A stretch of 64,000 nt of DNA from the human T2T-CHM13v2.0 reference genome, Homo sapiens. The notes below the pieces were generated by a model that was not told where the DNA came from, did no database searches, and was given only the letters and a program-made list of their open reading frames with translations. The position numbers and the translations under genes are program-made. Location of the stretch: NCBI RefSeq assembly GCF_009914755.1, contig NC_060928.1; one strand, written 5' to 3'. Shown here piece after piece: positions 48,380 through 64,000 of this stretch (within the stretch, counting starts at the first letter, position 1; each line of letters begins with the position of its first letter).

Positions 48380-49960
48380 CCTGAGGGCGCTGACTTTTTA
48401 GAATGGGCGAGGGCAGCTGTGTCGCAGTGACCAGAACGATTACTGCCTTTAAAAAGTCGTGAAAATGATCGTGAACTGTACCCCACAACGAGCGCGCGTC
48501 TGCCCCCCAAGACGGTGGAGACGCCCCCAGCTTACGCCGCCAGCCCGCGGGGCAGGAGGGGTGCGAGCGACTCTGGCCAGGCCCCAGGGACGGGGACCGG
48601 GTCGCGCCGACCTGACCGGCGGGAGCCCAGGCACTCACGTGGCGGGAGCGCCGGGGGCTTCAGCACGGAGACACATCCCGTCTGCCCCTGGACTCCCGCG
48701 AGCCCCGCGGGCCTCTCCGCTCGCCCCGCCGCCCACCTGCCAGGGGAAGGAGCGCAGTGAGCGCGCCGCCAGGAAGTGGCGCTCGAAACTCTGCAGCAAG
48801 AGTTCTGTCCCCGCGTTCTCCTAGGGCGCCATGGCGTGGGCGGGGCCGCAGCGTTGCCGGGAGACCGGGCGGAAGCCGGGCCTGGACTGAAGAGGGGGCG
48901 GGCCCAGGGTAGTGCGCAGGGGCAGAGAGGGGGCGGGGCCCGGGGGCAGGGTCAGGAGGAGAGTGGTGGTGGCGTTTCTAGGGTGGGGCCAGGATGAGCG
49001 TCATGAGGGCGAGGCCTGGGGAGGGCCAGGATAAGCGTCGTTGGGGCAGGTCCTGGGGAGAGTTCAGGTTGGCGGGTCCTGGGGCGGGGCCGGGACAGGG
49101 CGATCCTGGAAGCGGGGCTTCGGAAGCGTCCAGGTTGGCGGGTCCTGGAGGCGGGGCCTTGCGTGGGGGCAGGATAAGAGTCCTGGAGGCGGGCGTTAGG
49201 GTGGGGGTAAACGATGATTGGGTTCAGGAGGTGAGACTCGGAGCAGAGCCCAGGAGACAGGTCTTAGGGCGGGGCTAAGGTCAGACCCTGAGAAGGGCTC
49301 AGGAGGCGGGGCCAGGGTGGGGCGTTGATATGTCGTAGCACGTGGCCAGGCGGTGCTCGGACTCTGGGAGGCGGAGCTTAGGACGGGCCGACGTGGGGAG
49401 GGGCCCAGGGTCCGGGAGGCGGGGCCGAGTCTGGGCTGCGGGCTGCACTCAGGAGGCGGGCCCTGGGAGGCGGAGCTTAGGGAGGGGCCGGTGTCGGGAG
49501 GGACCAAGGGACTGGGAGGAGGGTCGGGGCTGGGCTCAGGGGCCGAGAGGGAGCTGGGCTTGGGGAGGGGCCGAGACAGATCGAGGGGTCCAGGGTGTGA
49601 GAAACGGGGAGGGGTTTGAGGAGGGGATTGGAGTGTGGCTCAAGTTCGGGAGGCGTTACCTGCGGAGGGTTTGAGGCAGGTCCAGGAGCGAGCCCACGGT
49701 CTGCCGACACGGGGCCAGGGGCGGGCCCCAGGATTCGGAGCTTCGGGCGGGGCCGAGTCCGGGTTTGGGGCCTGGGAGGCGGGGCCGGTTAGGGCAAGGG
49801 TCCCCGGGATCATCGGGTCAGGCCTTGGGCCAACGTAGGCACTCTCGCAGTTCCTCCGCCTTCAGGAAGGTCTTTTTGGCAGGGGCCTTACGGGTGCGCG
49901 CTTCGGTCCTGGAGGCGTTATCCTAGCCTCCTCTCCATCAGCGCCACCCGTCTGGGGCCC
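48380..49960. promoter_or_regulatory. CpG island / GC-box-rich promoter of the FAM86 copy
   Basis: High GC and CpG density across exon 1, with many GGGCGG/GGAGGCGGGG Sp1-type boxes upstream of the ATG. Confidence 0.85.
48737..48832 (-). pseudogene. FAM86: FAM86 exon 1 coding part with codon-4 nonsense
   Basis: ATG GCG CCC TAG GAG AAC ... MAP*ENAGTELLLQSFERHFLAARSLRSFPWQ|gtggg. Confidence 0.93.
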
Positions 49961-51188
49961 GATAGGAGGGAGATTTCCCTCTGTCCCCCAGCCTTTGGAC
50001 TGTCACCAAACAAGCCATTCGTTCACCAAATACTTATTAAGGGCCTACCATGTGTCTGGCAAGGGAGATGTAACAGTGAGAAAAACTAGGTGTGGTCCAG
50101 GCCCTCCAGGGGCTCAGGGGCTCGTGGAAGAAGTAGACATTGAAGTACTTATCACACAAATGAGTATAAAAGTACAATAGCGATATCTGCCACGAAGGCG
50201 AGCAGACAGAGCTAGCGGGGCTTGCAGGAGGAGTTTTGATCTTGCAGGGATAGGAAGGAGGACTTAGTTCCTGCGGGGTGGGCTTGGGGGTGGTGGTGAT
50301 AGAGACGTGGGGACAGAGTGGAAAACAACAAAAATATAATTATTTTAGTTCAAAGTTATTGTGTCTTGAGTTGAAAGGCAGGGCAGTTAGCAACACAGTT
50401 CAGATTTCAGTACTGCACCTGAAATCTGAACTGTGTTCAAAGTCTAAAACGTTTACCTTAGCAAATCCCTCATAAAACTCCATTTGGAAGAGTCCCGAGA
50501 GCGAATTTGTTAAGTATACTTGCAAAAGGTAGATGAGGAGACAGATAAAATCTTATTACCTCTTTCAGATGAGAGGCACTTGAGCCCTGCTCAGCTATGA
50601 GAATAAGAGAGGGGAATTAATTCTAATTGAATACACTTGTTCTCTTATAGCTGTTGTTCCACACCAGAACCAAATGAACGCAAGATCTGACAAAGAAAAA
50701 AAGAGGTTCATCTTTTATTCCCCCAAACCCTTTCATTTAAATCAAGAGGGTGGGATGTGGTTATTGCTGTGTTTTTAGGCAGAATCAACGGTTTCTGGGT
50801 CTGAGATGTTGCATACACCCTCTCAGTCCCTGTATCCTGAGATGGAGTCACCTGAGAATCCACAGCAAGTCCTAACCAGGGATGGGTCTGGGTGATTAAG
50901 GAAGGTTGGCTTCAGAACTGGGCCAGGGGCACTGCTTTGCTTTTGCTGTTTTGATCAGCTCTCTGCCTGCAGGAGACAAGGAAAACCAATGGGAACAGGT
51001 TAGTTATACTCATAAATCCTGGGCTTATTTTATTAACTCACATAATAGCTATTAATTGTCTTTCCTCCAAGGAGCAAAAGGGCATATACGGTCAATTCCA
51101 TAGTAAGTAACACTGTATTATGTTATACTAAAATATTAATCTAGGTTTGTTCAGTCTTTCCTGATTCCGTAGATTGGAAGCGGATTGA

Positions 51189-51926
<738 letters not shown>

Positions 51927-52583
51927 CACTGAAGGGATTTTTTTAATGTCACGTGGCTCTCACAGGTGCAGTGTGTTCGGGTGCAAGTGAAGATTACGAC
52001 TGATGCTTAAAAACAAACGTAAAATTCCAGGTGGTGTTGTTATGGGGCGCAGCATTAGGACAATCTGAGTGGTTTCAGTTGCAAGAGTGTGCGTGTACGT
52101 GCAAGAGCTACAGTCAAGATTCAACTTCTGGCTTTGAGGTCTCTTTAATAACAGTAATAGCAACCTAAGTCAGTTTAACAGTATGGAATGGTTGCCTTTT
52201 AGAAGTTAAGCTATGGGCATGGAAGTTCAATCAGTACATTGAAGTTTTTCCTTTATCTCTTCTATGGTTAATGGTTTCTGCAGAAAAGGACCAATTGATT
52301 TCTTACTAAAACGTTGCTTCAGGGTGTAGAGACCTTTATAGGTCATGTGTCAACTTACAAAAAATTTTTATAGTTCAAATATGAATTACGTTCAATGTAG
52401 ACTTTGTAATAGAATTGAAGGTTAAGTAAAGTTTCCACTTTCCTTAGGCTGTTTGCAGTGCCCAGCAGGCCCCATCATATCGAGATGGAAGTTATGTTAA
52501 AGGAGGAGGTTGGTCAGGGATGGGTAGAATAAGGAATATGCGCAGCTCAGGCTAATGATACAATTATTGAGGTGTAGAAAGAG

Positions 52584-56224
<3,641 letters not shown>

Positions 56225-56234
56225 TTAAAGCTGC

Positions 56235-57045
56235 TTTTTAATAACAGCTTTATTGAAAGATAATTCATATACCATACAATTTACCCATTTAAAGTGTATC
56301 ATTTGGACGGGCATGGTGGCTCACACTTGTAATCCCAGCATTTTGGGAGGCTGAGGTGGGAGGATCGCTTGAACCCAAGAGTTTGAGATGAACCCAAGCA
56401 ACATGGCAAAACCCTGTCTCGACCAAAAATACAAAAAAATTAGTTGGGCATGGTGATGTGTGTCTGTAGTCCCAGCTACTCAGGAGGCTGAAGTGGGAGG
56501 ATGGTTTGAGCCTGGGAGGTGGATGGTGCAGTGAGTTGAGATTGTATCACTGCACTCCAGCCTGGGCAACAGAGCCAGACCCTGTCTCTAAATAAATAAA
56601 TAAAGTGTATAATTCAGTGGTTTTTAATATGTTCACAGAGTTCTGCAGCCATCATCACCATCAATTTTAGAAATTTTACCCCAGAAGAAACCCTGTATCC
56701 ATTAGCAGTCACCCCTTATTTCCCTCCAACTATCCCCACCCCTGGCTCCTGGCAACCATTAATCTACTTTCTGTTTGTTTGGATTTTCATATTCTGGGCA
56801 TATATATGTATATATAGAATCATCTAATATTTGTCTGGCTTCTCTCACTTAGCCTAATGGTTTCAAGGTGTATCCAGGTTGTAGCATGAATCAGCCCTTC
56901 ATTCCATATTGTGGCTGATTAATGTTCCATCACACGGGTGGACTGTACTTGTTTGCTTATTCATCTGTTGTTAATAGGCATTTGTGTTGTTGCCACCTTT
57001 TGACAATTATGGATAATTTTGCTACGAGCATCTGTGTGTGTCTTT
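56235..57045 (-). mobile_element. L1MB-like 3' end split by an Alu (56305-56603, +)
   Basis: AACAGCTTTATTGA..TAATTCATATACCATACAATTTACCCATTTAAAGTGTA; TSD AAAGTGTAT(C/A)ATT. Confidence 0.85.
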
Positions 57046-57245
57046 GTAGGAACAGGCTTGCATATTTTTTGATATGGGCAAATGAGAACCAGCGGCAGGG
57101 GGCCTCTGTGGTGACTTTTTTGGTGGTCTTCGTGTACTCTGTATAATGATCAGCCACTCAGGCTTGGGGGCAGCACTTAACCCTGCATTTCTTTCTTTTT
57201 TTTAAGATAGGGTCTCTCTCTCTGCCACTCAGGCCACAGTGCAGT

Positions 57246-59106
57246 TGACGCAGGGCAGGGGAGCCCCGAAGTGGAGCATAGTGTGTCCAGAACTGGTGGG
57301 TTCTTGGTCTCACTGACTTCAAGAATGAAGCCACAGACCCTCGGGGTGAGTGTCACAGTTCTTAAAGGCGGCTTGTCTGGAGTTTGTTCCTTCTGATGCT
57401 CGGATGTGTTCAGAGTTTCTTCCTTCTGGTGGGTTTGTGGTCTCGCTGGCTTCAGGAGTGAAACTGCAGACCTTCATGGTGAGTGTTACAGCTCTTAAGG
57501 TGGCGTGTCTGGAGTTGTTTGTTCCTCCCGGTGGGTTCATAGTCTCGCTGGCTTCAGGAGTGAAGCTGCAGACCTTCGAAGTGAGTGTTACAGCTCATAA
57601 AGGCAACGTGGACCCCAAGAGTGAGCAGCAGAAAGATTTATTGCAAAGAGCAAAAGAACAAAGCTTCCACAGTGTGGAAAGGGACCCCAGAGGGTTGCCA
57701 CTGCTGGCTGGGGCAGCCTGCTTTTATTCCCTTATCTGGCCCCACCCACATCCTGCTGATTGGTCCATTTTACAGAGAGCCGATTGGTCTGTTTTACAGA
57801 GAGCTGATTGGTCTGTTTTGACAGGGTGCTGATTGGTGCGTTTACAATCCCTGAGCTAGACACAAAAGTTCTCCAAGTCCCTACTAGATTAGCTAGACAC
57901 AGAGTGTCAATTAGTGCATTCACAAACCCTGAGCTAGACACAGGGTGCTGATTGGTGTGTTTACAAACCTTGAGCTAGATACAGAGTGTGGATTGGTGTA
58001 TTTACAATCCCTTAGCTAGACATAAAGATTCTCAAAGTCCCCACCAGACTCAGGAGCCCAGCTGGCTTCACCAAGTGGATCCCTCACGGGGGCCGCAGGT
58101 GGAGCTGCCTGCCAGTCCTGCGCCCTGTGCTGGCACTCCTCAGCCCTTGGGTGGTCGATGGGACTGGGCGCCCTGGAGCAGGGGGCAGTGTCCATTGGGG
58201 AGGCTTGGCACTCATCGGGGAGGCTCAGGCCACGAAGGAGCCCACGAGGGTTGGGGGGAGGCTCAGGCATGGCAGGCTGCATGTCCCGAGCCCTGCCCTG
58301 CAGGGAAGCAGCTAAGGCCCTGCGAGAAATTGAGCAAAGCAGCTGCTGGCCCAGGTGCTAAGCCCCTCACTGCCTGGGTCCAGTGGGGTGGCAGGCCAGT
58401 CTGAGTGCAGGGCCCAGTGAGCCCATGCCCACCCGGAACTCACGCTGGCCTGCAAGCACCACCCCCAGCCCCGGTTCCTGCCAGCACGTCTCCCTCTACA
58501 CCTCCCCGCAAGCTGAGGGTGCGGGCTCCAGCCTCGGCCAGCCCAGGAAGGGGCTCCCACAGTGCAGCGGCGGGCTGAAGGGCTCCACAAGTGCCGCCGA
58601 AGTGGGAGCCCAGGCAGAGGAGGCGCCGAGAGTGAGTTCGAAGGCTGCCAGCATGCTGTCACCTCTCAATAGCACGTGAGGGTTCTTGTCTTTACCCAGG
58701 AAAGAATTCAAGGGCAAGCCGGAGGTTTAGAAGAAAACAGCTTTATTGAAGAGGCAGGATTAGAGCCCTGTGACTGCTCCTGTAGGGCAGGGTTACCCTG
58801 GAGGCAGAGAGTAGCGGCAGAGAGTTTGCAATCACATTTATACCCACTTTTAATTGCATGCAGATTAAAGGGCAGTTTATGCAGGAATTTCTAGAAAATG
58901 GGTAGTAACTTTTGAGTCATTGGGTCATTTCCATGGAAAGGGGCAGTAACTCCCGGGTGTTACCTTGGCAATAGTAAACTCACATGGCACACTGGTGGGC
59001 ATGTCTGATGGAAAGCTGCTTCTGCCCCAGCCCTGTTTTAGCTAGTCCTCAATTTGGTCTGGTGTCCAAGCCCTGCCTGTGGAGTCAAGTCCTGCCTCCT
59101 ATCTCA
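57246..59106 (-). mobile_element. ERV1 LTR (MER66-like) interrupted by LTR12
   Basis: Minus strand TGAGATAGGAGGCAGGACTTGACTCC ... TCA; TSD CAGT; family name from memory. Confidence 0.75.
57282..58668 (-). mobile_element. ERV9 LTR12 (LTR12C-like) solo LTR
   Basis: Minus strand starts TGAGAGGTGACAGCATGCTGGCAG; CCAAT-repeat array 57756-58000; U5 repeats; TSD ATAG. Confidence 0.95.
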
Positions 59107-59529
59107 CAGTGGCGTGATCATGGCTCACTGCAGACTCAACACCCCCGGGCTCAAGCAGTTCTCCCACCTCAGCCTCCTGAGTTGCTGGGACCACAGGCAC
59201 GTGCCACTATGCCCAGCTATAGTTTTGCATTTTTTGTAGAGATGGTGTTTCACTGTGTTGCCTAGGCTGGTCTCAAACTCCTGGGCTCAAGCAATCTACC
59301 TACCTTAGCCTTCTAAAGTGCTGGGATTACAGGTGTGAGCCGCTGCACCCAGCCCAAGCTTACATTTTTAATCTCAAGTCACTTCTCTCTAGGTTTTGAT
59401 TTCTTCTTTAAAGTGGTGGAACTAAGAGCATCTATTTTATAGGGTTGTTGGGAAGACAAAAATGAAAGAACTGTTATTCAATGTTTAGTGAAGCGCTGTG
59501 CACAATTTTGAATAATGAAGTTGGTGTTT

Positions 59530-60346
<817 letters not shown>

Positions 60347-60425
60347 TGATTTTTGCAGAACCACCCTTCCCTAATGGTTGTCTCCTAGATCCAAGGTGAC
60401 TTTATTCATTTTAGAATGAACTTAC

Positions 60426-61050
60426 CCCATTGATAGTGTAACCAGAGTTGGCATACATCACGATTGGCAGAACCCGGTCATGTTTAGTGAGATGGAAGTG
60501 TTCTGGAAACTCCTCCTTCTTGTAGACGTGGAGGTGAGGGTACGCATTCTTCAGTGCCTGGTAAAGGGCTTCCTCTTGCCCCCATTTGGGCAGGGGCTTC
60601 CCAAAGCCAACGTAGCCCACAATATCAAACTTGACCAAGTCCCTGAACTTGATGTAGTTGGACAAGGGATCTTGTTGACGTTGGGTCTCTTCTTCACGGT
60701 GGTCACCCCATGGTCTCATGTGATGATGATGCTGAGGTGCTCTGCAGGCTGTGCTTCTCTGTGGCTCCCACTAGATACCCGATGGTCCTGCCGATTTGCT
60801 GAATCATCAACTTCCTGTTCTCTGCTTCTGGCCCGAATCGATGTCCCACGTTATCTGGCTCTCTGTAGCATAGAGTCACAAAGTCAAAGTCTTCCTTGGT
60901 GAACCAGTTCATGACGGTATCGACGTTCTCCCTCCGCTCTGTCTCGTTGCTGTTTGGGTGAGTGTAGGACTCCACAAGGGACCGCTTGACAGCCTCACCC
61001 TCGAATTTAGCACCTCCCTTGGAATAGTGGAATGATGCCGCTTTGTTCCC
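60426..61050 (-). pseudogene. ENPP7P: ENPP7-like (nucleotide pyrophosphatase/phosphodiesterase, alkaline sphingomyelinase family) pseudo-exon
   Basis: ttgcag|GGGAAC ... AATGGG|gtaagt; NVDTVMNWF..DFVTLCYREPDNVGHRFGPE; LSIIIT*DHG; PHLHVYKKEEFPEHFH..RVLPIVMYANSGYTING. Two 1-bp frameshifts and a TGA in the TSDHG motif. Confidence 0.88.
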
Positions 61051-61404
61051 CTGCAAGTACGAGAAGAAAATTCCATCAGGGCCATTTCTTATACCTTTCT
61101 CACAATCAGCAAAGCTCAAGATGTCTACATCTGTGCCCCAGTCCAAAGGCATAGAAAATATGTGGTCTTTGAAGTCAGACAGGGTGGAGTTAGATTCTGG
61201 GCTTCCCCAGGATCTCATAGCATCTACAACACTGTTAGTTACAAGATGTGCTATTATTTTATGGGCTACTAAGCAGAAAAATGCTGCCAACGAGACCGTG
61301 ACATTCCAGTGATTGTAAGGTGTATTCCAACTTCAGAGATGGCAAAATGAAAAATAGTTCCTTCGAATAGAAGAAGACAGTAATTTCTGAGTTGTTGGTG
61401 GTGA

Positions 61405-61568
61405 ATTTGTGCATGTGTGTTTTTTATATATATACACACACATATATATACACACACATATACACATGTACATGTATATATATATGCATATATATACATA
61501 CATATATACATATACATGTATATATGTGTATATATACACATACATATATACATATATATGTATACATA
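61405..61568. repeat. Compound (TA)/(CA)/(TG) microsatellite
   Basis: Direct inspection. Confidence 0.93.
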
Positions 61569-61569
61569 G

Positions 61570-62506
<937 letters not shown>

Positions 62507-62919
62507 TGATGAGTGCTTGCCTGCTCAGCACCCACTTCCTGGTCGGCTGGGTCACATTACTCTGACTCCTCCTTGAGCTTCAGTCCGCGCCTGGTTCAAG
62601 ATTATTGACTCAACCCGAGGATCCAGAGGTGGGATGTAGCTCTGGCCTGGCCAGAGGACCGAGGGTGCTGCATGCCATGGCTACAGCAACTGCTTCAGCT
62701 TTGGGCTCATGTCCTAGTCAGAGCCAATGAGATGTAATCTTGGGATATCTGCTGGGCTGTTGGGAAGGGGACAGGCTGCCCTGCTCATCCCCATTCCTGA
62801 TGCTGAGGGATCTGAGAAAATCACTTGTAAAATTTGGGGGTGTTTGGAAGAAGGGGAGATTGATGTCTCTTTCTCTCTACAGACTTCTGATCAGCTACAG
62901 AGCTTGACTAACCTACCCA

Positions 62920-63490
62920 GAGGCAGAATGATATGGTGGTTAAAAGTGTGCTCTGGGCCGAGATTTTACCACTGCACTTCAGCCTGGGTGACAGAGTGAG
63001 ACTCCATCTCAAAAAAAATTAAAAAAAGTGTGCTCTGGGCTGGGCGCGGGGGCTCACAACTGTAATCCCAGCACTTTGGGAGGCTGAGGCAGGAGGATCG
63101 CTTGAAGTCAGGAGTTTGGGATCAGACCCTATCTCTAGAAAAATGTTTTTTAAAAATTAGCTGGGTTGGTGGTGAATGCGTCCAGTCCCAGCTACTCGGG
63201 AGGCTGAGGCGGGAAGATTTCTGGAGCTTGGGAGTTCAAGGCTGCAGTGAGCTATGATCAGGCCACTGTACTCCAATTTGAGGGACAGAGAGAGACTCCA
63301 TCTCTCTGAACAACAAAAATGTGTGCTCTGGTGCCGCACTGCCTGGTTAGATCCTTTGTCCACCACTTAGATGCATGTTATATAAATGCTCTCCTCAGTT
63401 TCCTCGTCTGTAACTTGGGGACGGCAATGCTGCCCCAAGAAGTGGTTATGGGGACTAAATGCATGTGGGCATATTGGTAAGTATTCAACA
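62920..63490 (+). mobile_element. MIR carrying two serial Alu insertions (62957-63027 fragment, 63038-63320 AluJ-like)
   Basis: GTGTGCTCTGG occurs three times; CCTCAGTTTCCTCGTCTGTAA MIR core follows. Confidence 0.82.
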
Positions 63491-64000
63491 AGCTTGATTT
63501 TTCCTGGAGAGGGAGAAAGAGCATGCAGTGAGGTGGCATGGTCAGGTGCATTGGGACAAGGATTATTTCCTCTGGCTTCTGCCTCCTGGGGGGTACAAAG
63601 GAGGGATCTGAAATGTGTCTGCAGACCCCAGAGTTGGGGACTGCAGAGGGAAATTGAGATCAGGGACCCTAGTCTGGCAGAAATGAGTGCAGCATGGGGC
63701 ATTGTGTTCCTTCCATCAGAGGCATGGGGTGTGTTGCAGACAGTCATGAAATGTGGCTGAATCTTGCAAGGGACCCTCGGTCCTAGGGTTGCTGCTAGAG
63801 ACAAAGACCCCTGTCAGTGGAACCTGGTGACCTTCACCCTTCTCTGTCAGGCTGCAGACAGCAAGAGATGGCAGCAGATTACACCCAGCAGGAAAAGGGC
63901 CATTGCTATCCCACAGGTTGCCATAGGAGGAGATGACATCTCTCCCTCTCCTCCTCCAGCAGTGTCAGCTGGAAAAGAGGTGGGTGTGTGTGCACAAAAG

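Larger units (their letters stand above)
57190..59356 (-). mobile_element. AluJ-like element split by the two LTRs
   Basis: Alu tail and ...AGTGCAGT (57190-57245) resume as CAGTGGCGTGATCATGGCTCACTGCAG at 59107. Confidence 0.85.

Noticed and set aside
57350-58060. Regularly spaced repeats resembling a CRISPR array, and a 160-aa ORF
   Set aside because: Normal LTR12 U3/U5 tandem repeats without unique spacers, in eukaryotic DNA.
60703-61290. 195-aa ORF as an intact ENPP gene
   Set aside because: The first ~80 aa are intronic, the frame breaks before the DHG motif, and no catalytic-Thr exon was recognised.
63820-63930. Possible upstream ENPP7-like exon (WDSNGP on minus)
   Set aside because: Only a few residues resemble WWDNG; no PIW motif or consistent splice sites.

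Overview
Primate (human-like) genomic DNA, very Alu-rich, with no intact protein-coding gene I can support. It reads as a segmental-duplication copy of the ALG1/EEF2KMT(FAM86A) neighbourhood. On + there is an intron-containing ALG1 pseudogene with only exons 6-13 (28874-35943; nonsense in exon 10, +2 frameshift in exon 11). On - there is a complete 8-exon FAM86/EEF2KMT pseudogene (ATG at 48832, stop 36694; nonsense at codon 4, dead exon-7 donor) that keeps its CpG-island promoter, plus one exon of an ENPP7-like phosphodiesterase pseudogene (60426-61050). Retroviral elements flank these genes: THE1, MLT1, MER50, a HERV-K LTR5 solo LTR, a two-LTR deleted HERV-H provirus, and an LTR12 nested in a MER66-like LTR nested in an Alu. 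I cannot tell which paralogous copy this is. Repeat subfamily names and comparisons with parent genes come from memory, not from a search, and Alu/L1/L2/MIR boundaries are approximate. I found no demonstrably new biological system. The best leads are: (i) sense-oriented LTR promoters upstream of both convergent pseudogenes, (ii) a possible uORF/reinitiation route to a truncated FAM86 methyltransferase, and (iii) the ENPP7-like exon looking like a relic of an ancient lost paralogue rather than a copy of ENPP7.
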